From a virus (Duplodnaviria > Caudoviricetes), in IMG/VR virus record IMGVR_UViG_3300023284_000636, positions 1 through 52,874 of that record: a DNA stretch of 52,874 nt; one strand, given 5' to 3'. Both the position numbers and the translations under genes were made by a program. The notes under the pieces were generated by a model. That model searched no databases and had not been told where the DNA came from. It was given only the letters and a program-made list of their open reading frames with translations. This document shows, piece after piece, positions 18,801 through 29,225 of this stretch (its first letter is position 1; every line of letters begins with the position of its first letter).

Positions 18801-19591
18801 TGATCAAAGCATTGAGAGGCAAGAAGGTCGAGAACATTCTGTTCTTCGACATTGAGACGGTTCCACTCTGGGAGGATTGGACAGAAATGCCAGAAGAGAT
18901 TTATGAATGTTGGTGGAACCGGGTGAAGTGGAAGATGGACTCTGGCAACTGGTATAATATATATGAAGATGAAGCGGAAGAAGCGTTCAAGAATGAACAG
19001 TGGGAGAAAATCGGAACCATGGCAGAGTTCGCTCGGGTCGCCTGTATTGCGCAAGGTTACCTAAGAGGAAATAAGCCGACGATTGGCTCTAATTGTATCG
19101 TGGACGAAAAAGAGATGCTTATGAACTTTAAGGGAATCTTGGATCATAACCCAAATGGTGCTGCGGATATCCTCTGCACTCACACCGGGAACTCGTTCGA
19201 CATTCCATTCCTGGCGGCGAGAATGATAATTCATGGGATTCCGATCCCGGCACAGCTGGACGTAATTGGCGTCAAGCCCTGGTTTATTCCACACATTGAC
19301 ACAATGGAATTATGGCCGGCCAGCAAGTTCGTTTCCATGAGAACCCTCGCGCTGGCCATGGGTCTTCCGGATCCGAAGGGTGACATAAGTGGTGCTGACG
19401 TAGCTGAGGCGTTTGCAGCCAAGAAGTATGGCGAGATCGAGAGGTATGCCGAGGGAGACGTCCTGACCCTCATGAATATATTCAGAAACTTCAGAAACGA
19501 GAAGCCGGTAAAGGATCCACCAGATGAGTGTCCTGTCATGGAAGAAGTTGATTGTCCAGACGAAATCCACTCGATAGCGCCGGTCGCGTGA
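18800..19591 (+). CDS. 3'-5' exonuclease (DnaQ/PolB exonuclease-like)
   Basis: FFDIET, H.G.SFDIPFL, HIDTM, YAEGDV motifs. Confidence 0.85.
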   Translation: MIKALRGKKVENILFFDIETVPLWEDWTEMPEEIYECWWNRVKWKMDSGNWYNIYEDEAEEAFKNEQWEKIGTMAEFARVACIAQGYLRGNKPTIGSNCIVDEKEMLMNFKGILDHNPNGAADILCTHTGNSFDIPFLAARMIIHGIPIPAQLDVIGVKPWFIPHIDTMELWPASKFVSMRTLALAMGLPDPKGDISGADVAEAFAAKKYGEIERYAEGDVLTLMNIFRNFRNEKPVKDPPDECPVMEEVDCPDEIHSIAPVA

Positions 19592-19740
19592 TACATATCG
19601 ATTTGTTTAGCGGGATTGGGCTTTTCTCCTGTGCTGCGGATCACGTCTGGGACATTGAACACATATTTTGCGAAATCGAAGATTGGCCGTATAGATTTTT
19701 AAAACAGGAATATCCGAATGCGAGAATCGTTATTTATTGA
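19588..19740 (+). pseudogene. Truncated DNA cytosine-5 methyltransferase N-terminus
   Basis: HIDLFSGIG..FCEI..L..YP (motifs I-II), then stop; no PC catalytic motif. Confidence 0.75.
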
Positions 19741-19753
19741 AAAAAATATTAAA

Positions 19754-19966
19754 ATGAAAACAATTTCATTGTGGCAACCGTGGGCTTCTGCTGTTGCAGT
19801 TGGTTCAAAAACAATCGAAACAAGACATTGGCCGACTAATTATTTAATCGCCTGTGAAAAAACAAACCGCAAATGCTATAGTCTAGAGATAGATGAACAT
19901 TACGTCGATGTTAGTGTGAAGCGGTGGGAAAATTATACTGGAAATAAGGCGATATTGGATGTCTAA
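19754..19966 (+). pseudogene. Chimeric remnant: ASCH N-terminus fused to amino-MTase C-terminus
   Basis: MKTISLWQPWAS..GSKTIETR.W then LIACEKTNRKCY.LEID..YVDV..KRWENYTG. Confidence 0.75.
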
Positions 19967-20537
19967 AGCAATCACCAAAAGACCTAAACAAAAGGTCACA
20001 TTTAAAAGCTCGAATTACCAGATTGTTAAGCGGATCAGTGAAGTTATCGACTTTCTTCTTGATGGATTAACTAAGCACGAAATTGTTCGATACGCATCGG
20101 AGAAATGGCGGGTCGGTGAAAGGCAAACTGAAACCTATCTCGCCCGGGCCAATGTCAAGATTGAGGAGATTGCAACCAAAGCCCAGGAAGGGGCATTCGA
20201 CAAAATACGGGCACGCCTCGAGCGACAATATCGGAGGGCAGTTCAAGCAGGAGATGGTCAACTCGCTAGGCTTCTAATTTTGGATATGCGGAGATTATAT
20301 GCACTTGATAAGGCACCTAAAGCTCCTATTGATGAAGATGGGAACGCGGTCCCTCCAGAACTCAAACAAACGATCAATGTCCTAGCCATATTGAACCGGG
20401 AAGCACCCGAGGCCTTCAACAAGTTCGTTGAGGTGACGACAGTCCCTAGGACAAACGGCAAGACAAAGAAGAGGCGACTCCCAGCGAAAACAAAAACTAA
20501 GATTAGAAAACAAAAAAATGGTACAGAAAAACATTAA
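19959..20537 (+). CDS. Probable terminase small subunit
   Basis: HTH-like N-terminus, helical middle, RRLYALDKAPK segment; upstream of the large terminase. Confidence 0.6.
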   Translation: MSKAITKRPKQKVTFKSSNYQIVKRISEVIDFLLDGLTKHEIVRYASEKWRVGERQTETYLARANVKIEEIATKAQEGAFDKIRARLERQYRRAVQAGDGQLARLLILDMRRLYALDKAPKAPIDEDGNAVPPELKQTINVLAILNREAPEAFNKFVEVTTVPRTNGKTKKRRLPAKTKTKIRKQKNGTEKH

Positions 20538-20697
20538 TTCGTTTATAGTAAAGCGGTGTCCTAAATGTAAGCGAGCTTGGGAAAAAGGTGCTGGGGGCAA
20601 GGATCGTCATTATGGCACTGATTGGCCGATGATTTCAAAACTACAAGAGAAGGTTTGTTTAACCTGCAGGACAAAGGAGGTGATTTCAGTAAGGTGA
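20518..20697 (+). CDS. Small zinc-finger protein (59 aa, not in ORF track)
   Basis: MVQKN..RCPKCKR..VCLTCR; its TGA overlaps the GTG start of the MTase. Confidence 0.5.
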   Translation: MVQKNINSFIVKRCPKCKRAWEKGAGGKDRHYGTDWPMISKLQEKVCLTCRTKEVISVR

Positions 20698-23083
20698 TTC
20701 AAGCAAATGCGCTTAACATTCCATTAAAAGACGAATCTGTGCAAACAGTAATTACGAGTCCTCCTTACTGGTAGCGTGCGGCCTCAGAGATTACGGCACA
20801 GCAACATGGGAAGGCGGAAAGAATGGGTGTGATCATATTGATGAAGATGCTCTTGCTGAACGTATGCGGCAAAAGAAATCAATGATTGCTTGCGGTGAAC
20901 GGATAGATGGCAGCACCCGCACACGAGTACATGACGAATCTATTGGGAAGCAATGGCAGCATCGCCAAATCTGCAAAAAATGTGGAGCCAAAAGAATAGA
21001 CAATCAGCTCGGCCTTGAAAAAACACCCGAAGAATATATCGAGAATACCGTCACCTGGGCGCGAGAGGTTTGGCGAATACTGAGAAAGGATGGGACTTTT
21101 TGGTTGAATTTGGGGGATTCTTATGCAACGTCATCTCCCCACGGATCTGGATTTGGGGAAATATCAAGAACGGCTGGTGTGGGTAACTCTAAAAACGGAA
21201 TTCAGGCAAGGGCTGGGTGTCCAGATGGTTTAAAGCCTAAAGACCTTTGCGGAATACCTTGGCGTATAGCCTTCGCCCTTCAAGCCGATGGCTGGTATCT
21301 CCGCAGCGCCATGCCTTGGGTAAAGCGATGTCTTTCCGGTGGGACGATGGTTTATGCGCAAACTCAAAAAGGCATAATGCCCACTAATTTGAAAGACATT
21401 TACCGGCTAAAACCTGAAACCGTCAAATTGTGGAACGGTGAGCGATGGACTCAACTAATAGGTATGACAAAACAACCACGAAAGGGGAATGAAATCGAAT
21501 TGTTCTTGAGAAGCGGAGAAAGAATATCTTGCACCCCTGAACACAGGTGGCCGACAAAACAGGGTTTAATATTTGCAAATGATTTAAAGGTTGGTGATGA
21601 ACTTGTAAAGTATAAGCTTCCTACGACTGGATTTGGGTTGTCTGAGTTCCATAAACACCTACCAGACGATCTTATTGGTAGATTTATTGGGCTTTATATT
21701 TCCGAGGGTCACAAAGACAGTGGTATTATTCATATCACTGGCCACAAAAAAGAAATCAATAGGGTTGAATTTTTCAAGGAACTTGCAGCGAAATACGATG
21801 GAACCGCAACCATACAGGATCGCGAAGGAAATTGCCAAAATATAAATTTGTCCGGTAGGGTATTGTTCGGGATATTGGATACCTATGTTGCGGGAAACGG
21901 TTCACATGGAAAGCATCTAACAACTAAGGCATGGCAGAGGGGTTGGTGGTTTTTAAATAGTGTTTTGTTGGGATATCTCGAAGGTGATGGTAGTTATGAG
22001 GAAAAAAATGACCGATGGAGATTGGGGTTTTGTAATAACGACAACTTGGCTTCAGACCTCAGATGTCTTTGTGCTATTTTGTGTGTCTCTTTGAGATTAA
22101 AAAGAGCGACACACAAATGTAATGGCAAAAAATTTAAAGGTTATAAAGGGCAAATTAGATTTGATTTATCAGATAAAAGCGTTAACTCTGGAAATTTCAA
22201 AAAACTGAATGATAACGAAATCGTAAAAATTGGAAAAGCCAGAGCAAGATATTTCTATGATCTCGAAGTAGAGGATGTACCTCACATTTTTTCTTTGGCT
22301 TCAGGGATATTAACCCACAATTCAGCCATGCCAGAAAGTTGCACCGACCGCCCGGCCTCTGCTTTGGAATATATGTTCTTACTTACCAAGAGCCAGAAAT
22401 ATTATTTTGATATGGATGCGATAAGACAACCAAACTCAACGTACAATACAAATAAGCCTGGAAAAGGTGGAGATATAAAAGGAACAGACGGAATCAGTAA
22501 ACCAGATTATTTGAATACACCAGACCGTTATGTGCCTAGCGGCCGCAACTTCCGCAACACAGACCTATTCTATCAGAGCCTCGAAGAACCACATGGGGCA
22601 ATCTTTGCAGGCGAGGAAATGGTTGGGCTTGATGTGAATCCGCAAGCGTATAGCGAAGCCCATTTTGCCACGTTTCCGGATTGGCTCGTCACCCCACTTA
22701 TAAAAGCCGGAACCAGTGAAAAGGGTGCTTGTCCTGAGTGTGGGTCCCCGTGGGAAAGAATTGTTGAGAAAAAGAGATTAAGAAGAAACGAACTACCAAA
22801 AGACGATCCACGATACAGGCCAAATCAATATTCTGGAGCCTATGAAAATATAAACGGCAAGGGTGATGCTGGATATTCAGAATCAAAAACCATCGGCTGG
22901 CAACCAACCTGCTCACACAAAGCCGAACCCGTGCCCTGTATAGTTTTGGATCCGTTCGGAGGTTCAGGAACAACCAAAAACGTAGCTGACCGACTCGGCC
23001 GGCATGGTGTAATGTGTGAATTAAAAATGGAATACATAGAGATAGCAAAGAAACGCTGTTATCAATTACCGAGCTTATTTTAA
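20694..23083 (+). CDS. N4C/N6A DNA methyltransferase (beta class), interrupted after SPPYW and containing an intein
   Basis: GTG-IQANALNIPLKDESVQTVITSPPYW-TAG, then 8 nt later GLRDYG in frame with ORF 20864-23083; LNLGDSY, KPKDL, HFATFP, VLDPFGGSGTT. Confidence 0.85.
21329..22321 (+). mobile_element. Intein (331 aa) with LAGLIDADG homing endonuclease
   Basis: Starts CLSGGT, block B CTPEHRW, GLYISEG and GYLEGDG motifs, ends FYDLEV..ILTHN followed by Ser; flanks rejoin as WVKR|SAMPES. Confidence 0.92.
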
Positions 23084-23101
23084 AAAACAAAGGAGGTAAT
23101 T

Positions 23102-24031
23102 ATGAAGAAAAAAACAAAATCATTGTTCAGTCTGTTGCTTTGGATATCATCGCTTTTCCTGTGTGGACTTTTACTTTATAATATCCAAGGTTGCACTAAG
23201 AACCAAACAAACGAATTACCTCAATCTGGATTTATACCAGATACCATCGATGTTTATAGCGATGTTGACTCGGTGATTTACATTCCTTTGACTTTTGAGG
23301 AATCAACTTGGATTTATTTCAATTTTAAAACAGGGAAATATGAATACAGGGCTACCGTGAAGACTTGGCGCGATTATATTCCCCAAGAACCGAAGCTGCT
23401 GAACATCTACGATACGTTCATTAGAAACGGTAAGAGTCACTCCGAGGCGGCTCGTCTAGTGTTCGAGTTGTTGCTCGGAGAAAACAAAAGGAAACCTATA
23501 TGAAGAACACAGCAAAAATATTTCCTGTAATTCTGTTCTTGACATTCGGTTCAGTTCGGGCTGATGTTGCACCAGCTAGTAATCAAGTACAAGTGTATTT
23601 TGGCGAGAAGTACGAACCAATCACTCATTTTGGGATCCATTTTTTAATCGCTACCTGGCGCCCAAAATATTCCTTGATTGCGGCCATTTCAATCGAGACA
23701 GCCGACACCTTGGGAGGGCGTTTTGAGTTGAGGGACTGGACGTTTCGACTGAGTGGTTGCATGGTGGGATATCTGGTCAAGAGATTTATTTTTAAGCGGA
23801 GATAATTTAATGGTAAACATCATTCTTTTAACATCGGTTATTTTACTTGTTGTCGTTAGCATAATTTCAATAGTGTTTTTTTCACATGGCGGCAATGTTA
23901 ATGAAATCTCCGAAACTCAATATACCGGAGAAATGATACGTTGGGAAAGGGTTAATGTTTATGCAGATACTATCGTTGTTAAATTCAAGAATTGTATTGT
24001 CCTTTACGATACAACAGAACAATTTTTTTAG
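23102..24031 (+). other. Three small membrane/secreted proteins (23102-23503 lipoprotein-like, 23500-23805, 23810-24031)
   Basis: Hydrophobic N-termini; IQGC lipobox-like motif in the first. Confidence 0.55.
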
Positions 24032-24245
24032 ATGGAGGTGAAATGCCGATTCCTAAACACTTAATAAAAAACAGAACAAAGTCAAAACGCCGGCACCAAG
24101 TACGCAACCGCTGGCACATTTACAGAAACCAGAGACGGTCTTATCCGAAGTCCAACTTCAGATCCAGGGGGACGGCCGAGGCTTTCTTGCGATCTCTGAA
24201 TCTGAATCCGGCAGGCTTTGACCTGATCAAGGAACGAGTGACGGC

Positions 24246-24911
24246 GTGATGCTTGACTTTGGGTTTTATAATCTCGATTGCATGGTAGGAATGAAGGAAT
24301 TTCCTGACAAGTATTTTGATTTGGCGATTGTAGATCCTCCGTATGGCGTGGGACAACATTTTAATTTTAGGTTTGGTGTTGGTGATGCTGTATACGAAAA
24401 CAAAGCACCTAAGCAAGATTTTTTCGATGAACTGTTTAGGATTTCAAAACATTCGATTATTTGGGGTGGAAATTATTTTGAACTTCCCATTGAACGCGGA
24501 TGGATCAGTTGGTACAAGGGGCAACCAATCGATGATTACAGTGATTTTGAATTAGCTTGGACGAATTTCGATAGAACGGCAAAACAATTTAACCTTGAAA
24601 GTTATGGATTTAGGCATGCTGATAAACGGAGGGGAGAAAAGACTATTCATCCAACCCAAAAGCCTGTTCAGCTTTACCAGTGGCTTCTCCAAAACTACGC
24701 CAAGCCAGGAGACAAGATAATTGACACCCACGTAGGAAGCGCATCAAGCCTAATCGCCTTCGAGAAAGAGGGCTTCGACTATGTGGGCTTTGAACTTGAT
24801 GAAGATTATTTTAGAGACGCAAACAAGAGGCTTAAACAGGCCAGAATAACAACCATAGATATGTTCAAAGAACCGAAGATCAGAGGCCTTAAACAAGAGA
24901 ATCTATTCTGA
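24246..24911 (+). CDS. DNA N6A/N4C methyltransferase
   Basis: DLAIVDPPYG, IIWGGNYF, HPTQKPV, IIDTHVGSAS. Confidence 0.92.
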   Translation: MMLDFGFYNLDCMVGMKEFPDKYFDLAIVDPPYGVGQHFNFRFGVGDAVYENKAPKQDFFDELFRISKHSIIWGGNYFELPIERGWISWYKGQPIDDYSDFELAWTNFDRTAKQFNLESYGFRHADKRRGEKTIHPTQKPVQLYQWLLQNYAKPGDKIIDTHVGSASSLIAFEKEGFDYVGFELDEDYFRDANKRLKQARITTIDMFKEPKIRGLKQENLF

Positions 24912-24913
24912 AT

Positions 24914-26464
24914 ATGGTAGAAACGAAAACATCCCTCACCCCTCATCTGAAACACCTCAAAGAGAACTGGGACACTCATAACCCCCTCCAACAAGAGTAC
25001 GCCAGATGCGCCGCAAGTCCTCAATACTTCGCGACCCGCTACGTCTATACTTTTGACGAGACCGACAAAAGCTCGAAACTATACCCAGAATATCCATATC
25101 TCATGGAAAAGGTGATTCCCGAAATATTGCAAGAAGGGAATGCCTACTGGCCAAAGAGCCAGCGTATGGTCATCACGATCTCGTTTTGCATGGTCGACCT
25201 CTGGCTCTGGCTATTCAGTGATGGAGAGAACATTTACTGGACCAGCAAGAATGAGAGGGCTGTCGACAATGGCGGTGAGAATAGCGACTGGAATTCGGTC
25301 GCCGGCAAGATGCGTTATATGTATGACCGACTCCCAACCTGGCTCAAGGCCATGGCATTAGGGAAAGCATATCATTCGAAGTTCCTCTGGAAGAAGGGCA
25401 GCATCAGAAATTTGTCAAACAGTAATCTGATCACCCTCGAGGCACCGACTTCCTCGGCTGGAGTCGGGATCGGTGTCACCAGAGCCCGGGTCGATGAGTC
25501 CGCCAGCGTCGTCAATATGGCCACGATCCATGTCAACCTCACAATGAGCTGCAGGAATGACCGACACTATATAAGCTATCCGTTGGGAGGCAACAACTTC
25601 TTTGCGGATCTGCATTTCAAGAAAGGACATTATGATTTCAGGAAAGTCGAGGTCCACTGGCGGGAGAATCCGAACTATGATGACGTCTGGTATCAAGAGC
25701 AGCGGAAACGGTTAACCGCTTTTTTCATCTCGCAGCGACTCGACATTAGTTTCGAGGAGAGTGCGGTCGGGAAGGTCTGGAACAAGTTCAACTATAGAGA
25801 CAACGTCGGCGATGTCGAGTACCTCGAGAACATTCCGATATTCCTCTGGTGGGATTATGGATTCGTGGATTCGACGAGCGTCGGGTTCGTTCAGTTTCTG
25901 AAGGATGGGGGTGAGGATGGCGTCAAGCTTAGGGTATTTGACTGGCTTGAGCTCGATTACTCAGATTATATTGACATCTCAAACGCATTAAAAGAAATGT
26001 TGAGCAAATATGGGGTTCATGAGAAGAACACAAAGGGGATTCAGGGGTTCGGTGATCCGCAAGGAAACACGAGGATCCCAGTGTTAGGTATCACTTTTCA
26101 ACAATTTTATGAATCTGAGGGATTTATGATCGAGCACTGTGACACTCATGAGACGGCTGTGGTTCTCGAGACAATAGACACTTGGCTCGGCAATGGTTGG
26201 ATCAAGATCGATGGGAACCGCTGCGAGCCGTTTATTGATGCAATGCGTTACTGGGAATGGCCAAAGGACCGCCAAGGTCGACCGAAGCCCGGGGCAACCC
26301 AGCCACGACACGACAGATTTTCCCACGCCGGGAAGGCGGCCGAATACGGATTCACGATGACTTGTATGACATCAGACGGTAAGGAGTCTCTGAAGAAGTA
26401 CAAAGAACAGAGCCGAGATGTCAAAGCGGCCGCCAAACCATTTTTTAATCCGAGGGAGTTTTAA
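24914..26464 (+). CDS. terL: Terminase large subunit
   Basis: Divergent Walker A (KSQRM), Walker B (RVDES), RNase H-like WDYGFVD, FGDPQG and PRHD..SH motifs. Confidence 0.85.
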   Translation: MVETKTSLTPHLKHLKENWDTHNPLQQEYARCAASPQYFATRYVYTFDETDKSSKLYPEYPYLMEKVIPEILQEGNAYWPKSQRMVITISFCMVDLWLWLFSDGENIYWTSKNERAVDNGGENSDWNSVAGKMRYMYDRLPTWLKAMALGKAYHSKFLWKKGSIRNLSNSNLITLEAPTSSAGVGIGVTRARVDESASVVNMATIHVNLTMSCRNDRHYISYPLGGNNFFADLHFKKGHYDFRKVEVHWRENPNYDDVWYQEQRKRLTAFFISQRLDISFEESAVGKVWNKFNYRDNVGDVEYLENIPIFLWWDYGFVDSTSVGFVQFLKDGGEDGVKLRVFDWLELDYSDYIDISNALKEMLSKYGVHEKNTKGIQGFGDPQGNTRIPVLGITFQQFYESEGFMIEHCDTHETAVVLETIDTWLGNGWIKIDGNRCEPFIDAMRYWEWPKDRQGRPKPGATQPRHDRFSHAGKAAEYGFTMTCMTSDGKESLKKYKEQSRDVKAAAKPFFNPREF

Positions 26465-26465
26465 A

Positions 26466-27258
26466 ATGACCATCGAAATGGAAGAATGGCTGAAGACCAG
26501 GCCGAAAGTGATACAAGAGCTTGCGACAAAATATCCTCCGGGCACCAAGTTCCAGACCGGAGATGGAGATGTTTTTGTCGTAGCCTATAACGAGGACGAC
26601 AGTCTGAGCGTGAGCAGGATAGATCCGAGGGAACACTATGATGCAGCAGTCGCGACCAGGTTTAGAATTTGCATCGACTGCATTGAGAAAATTAACTAGG
26701 AGGAAACTATGTCAAATGTTGCTACTCTCAAGATACACTGCGGGACTCCAATGGTCAGGACGTATGCGTTCAGTGGTAAAGAATATTACTGTGTAAAATG
26801 TGGAGAAACTGATGGAATATTCGGGCCTGCCTCCACTGCTCAAGAAACCGACGAACTTATTAGACAGTTGGAAAGAAACTTCAAAATATTTTTTGAAGAC
26901 TCGCTCGCTTGCATACCTATAGGCGCAAGGTTCAATGTTTGTGAACTATGCAAACATGAACAGCACCTTGATCACGCCAGTCAGGAAGAAATAGAAGCGT
27001 CTAGGGAGGCTTACAAACTACTCGCCGGCGGCATACTCGAAGAGGTGACACATGCCACACATTAAAGAAAGATACGATGTATTGATCGTAATAGTGATCG
27101 TGATGACAGCATGCGGGCTTTGGTTTTTGTTTAGACCTGAGACTTATTGGCAGCGGGTCTCGACCCTGGTGTTTTGTGCACTTTTTCTTGCATTTGTCGG
27201 GGCTTTTATTGTATATTATACTCGATATTTTAAGGATAAGCCAGATGTGAGTGAATAA
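26466..27258 (+). other. Small accessory ORFs (26466-26699, 26709-27065, 27052-27258)
   Basis: RBS-preceded coupled ORFs; the last has two hydrophobic segments. Confidence 0.6.
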
Positions 27259-27384
27259 AAGAGCCAATTTATGCAAGAAGAAAGTTTATCTATCACGGTC
27301 GACGACAAATCAGATTTTTCAGGCGGTCTAATAAAAATAGAAGATGAGCTTTTTATTATAAAACCAAAACAACAGGAGGTAATC

Positions 27385-27582
27385 ATGAACAGCAATAACC
27401 CTCTTTTTTTACCCGAAGGTAGCGTCCGTGCTATACTTGCGTTCCTGCTGATCGGCGGGACTGTATACGCGACAATATCTGGAATCAATACCGGAACAGA
27501 GGTGCTCTATACTCTCACCGGCGGCGTCCTTGCTCACTATTTCAACGCACGAGGAAAGATCGGCAACAAAGGAGATGGATAA
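27385..27582 (+). CDS. Two-TM membrane protein, holin-like
   Basis: PLFLPEGSVRAILA..YF pattern; GGAGG RBS. Confidence 0.55.
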   Translation: MNSNNPLFLPEGSVRAILAFLLIGGTVYATISGINTGTEVLYTLTGGVLAHYFNARGKIGNKGDG

Positions 27583-28051
27583 TATTTTCCTGGCACTCGG
27601 CAAAGAATGCCTGAGATGGTCTTGAGACGGAAAAAATTAACTTGAAAGGACGGTGAAAATTATATGCAGGTAGATAATTTACGTAAAACAGATGTAACCG
27701 AATTAGAAAAAACGATTACTGGTCTTCAAGTAGAAAACCCGGCTATCAATTATAAAGTTTTTGATATGGAAGAAAAAAAGGCCGATGATTGGAAGGACAC
27801 CGATAAGCCGATGCGTCAACAACTTGATGAGATGGCAGAAATGATTTGTGAGATTCAAGCGACCCTGGTATCAATTTTTGGGGATCACGTTTTGATAAAA
27901 CGACAATGGCGTAATTTATCGGGGTTAGATAAAAAAATCAAAGGAGATAGATAAATGTTTACCTGGAGTTGGCATCAGTGGCCGCTTGTTTGGCCTGAGC
28001 ATGAAGACATCGCAGATTAAAAACATAATCTAACCAAAGGAGTAAAATCTT

Positions 28052-28294
28052 ATGAAAAACTTCATCATCAGAATCGCACTATCGTTTGCATTAACTGCGA
28101 GCCTAATCAACCTTTCATTTAATACATACAACCGTACTACCGACAAGCCAATACAGACACATAAAGTTGTTGAAGCACCCTGGTATCCAATCGCGTGGAT
28201 ATTTATTATGGCAAACGGGGTTTGGAAAAAAGTAAACGGTCATCCTGCGGGTCGTCCTGAAGAGAAACCACCTGTACCAAAATCAGGAAATTGA
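28052..28294 (+). CDS. Small secreted peptide-like protein
   Basis: Signal-peptide-like N-terminus, Pro-rich C-terminus; AAGGAG RBS. Confidence 0.55.
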   Translation: MKNFIIRIALSFALTASLINLSFNTYNRTTDKPIQTHKVVEAPWYPIAWIFIMANGVWKKVNGHPAGRPEEKPPVPKSGN

Positions 28295-28450
28295 TTATTA
28301 TCTACTGGACTATCTTGTTAGTATATATGATAGATGGGAATGTGGAGAAATGGCATAAGTGTGAATTTCCTCACAGTTGGGATGAGGAAACAGAACATAT
28401 CATATATACTAAACAGTTCAGAATTCACTATGGTTAAATGTGTATTGATT

Positions 28451-28636
28451 ATGAAAATTTTATCTAAACTTTTGTTATGTTTGACTTTGTCGATTGGTTT
28501 CTTTGCTTGTGGCAATCAATCGAGTCCAATGTCTATTCAGATCATAGAAAGCGATCAAGCTATTGAGGATATCTCATTGGAGAGAAGAAGGGGTTGCACT
28601 AAACCAAAGTGTAGAAAGCCACCTAAGCCTAGATGA
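28451..28636 (+). CDS. Small lipoprotein-like peptide
   Basis: MKILSKLLLCLTLSIGFFAC lipobox-like motif; basic Pro-rich tail. Confidence 0.5.
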   Translation: MKILSKLLLCLTLSIGFFACGNQSSPMSIQIIESDQAIEDISLERRRGCTKPKCRKPPKPR

Positions 28637-28844
28637 AACTAAACAATGAGGTGATGACATGATATGCCATGACTGCCAGGCCGACCTTAGCAAAGCCAGA
28701 AATCTGTCTCTAAACATAATCCTAGGGAGACTGGTAGTCAAGTGCCCACTCTGTGATTGGAATCAATATGTTAAGATCAAAGATGATGGAACAGTCGAGG
28801 AGACGAAAGAATGAGCGTCAGCTCAAACCGTTTAAAGTGGCGGC

Positions 28845-29225
28845 ATGAATAACTGTTATGGATATGAACTTATTATTGATTTAAAGGACTGTGAAGTTTC
28901 TTTTTTCACTCGCGATCATTTGAAGAATTTCTGTGTTGCACTTTGCAAACTTATTGACATGACACCAGCCGATATATATTTCTGGGATTATGGTTGCGAT
29001 GAAAAAGCTAAAGCAGATGCACCTGCACACTTAGCTGGAACGACAGTCGTTCAATTTATAGAAACAAGTGATATCAGGATTCATACTTTGGATAAACTGC
29101 GGACTGCTTATATTAATATTTTTTCGTGCAAATCGTTTAGTTATGATATTGCCGTGGAATTTTCAGTTAGATATTTCGGTGGCAAAGTAACCAATACTTC
29201 AGTTATTAAACGAGGTGTCAAGTGA
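28845..29225 (+). CDS. speD: S-adenosylmethionine decarboxylase-like proenzyme
   Basis: GYELIIDL.DC, G.T.VQFIETS.I.IHT (pyruvoyl self-cleavage region), YINIFSCK. Confidence 0.8.
   Translation: MNNCYGYELIIDLKDCEVSFFTRDHLKNFCVALCKLIDMTPADIYFWDYGCDEKAKADAPAHLAGTTVVQFIETSDIRIHTLDKLRTAYINIFSCKSFSYDIAVEFSVRYFGGKVTNTSVIKRGVK

Noticed and set aside
20772-20774. Genome-wide TAG reassignment suggested by the in-frame TAG in the MTase
   Set aside because: Readthrough does not restore the frame, long genes are intact in the standard code, TAG ends many genes, and no CTA-anticodon tRNA is seen
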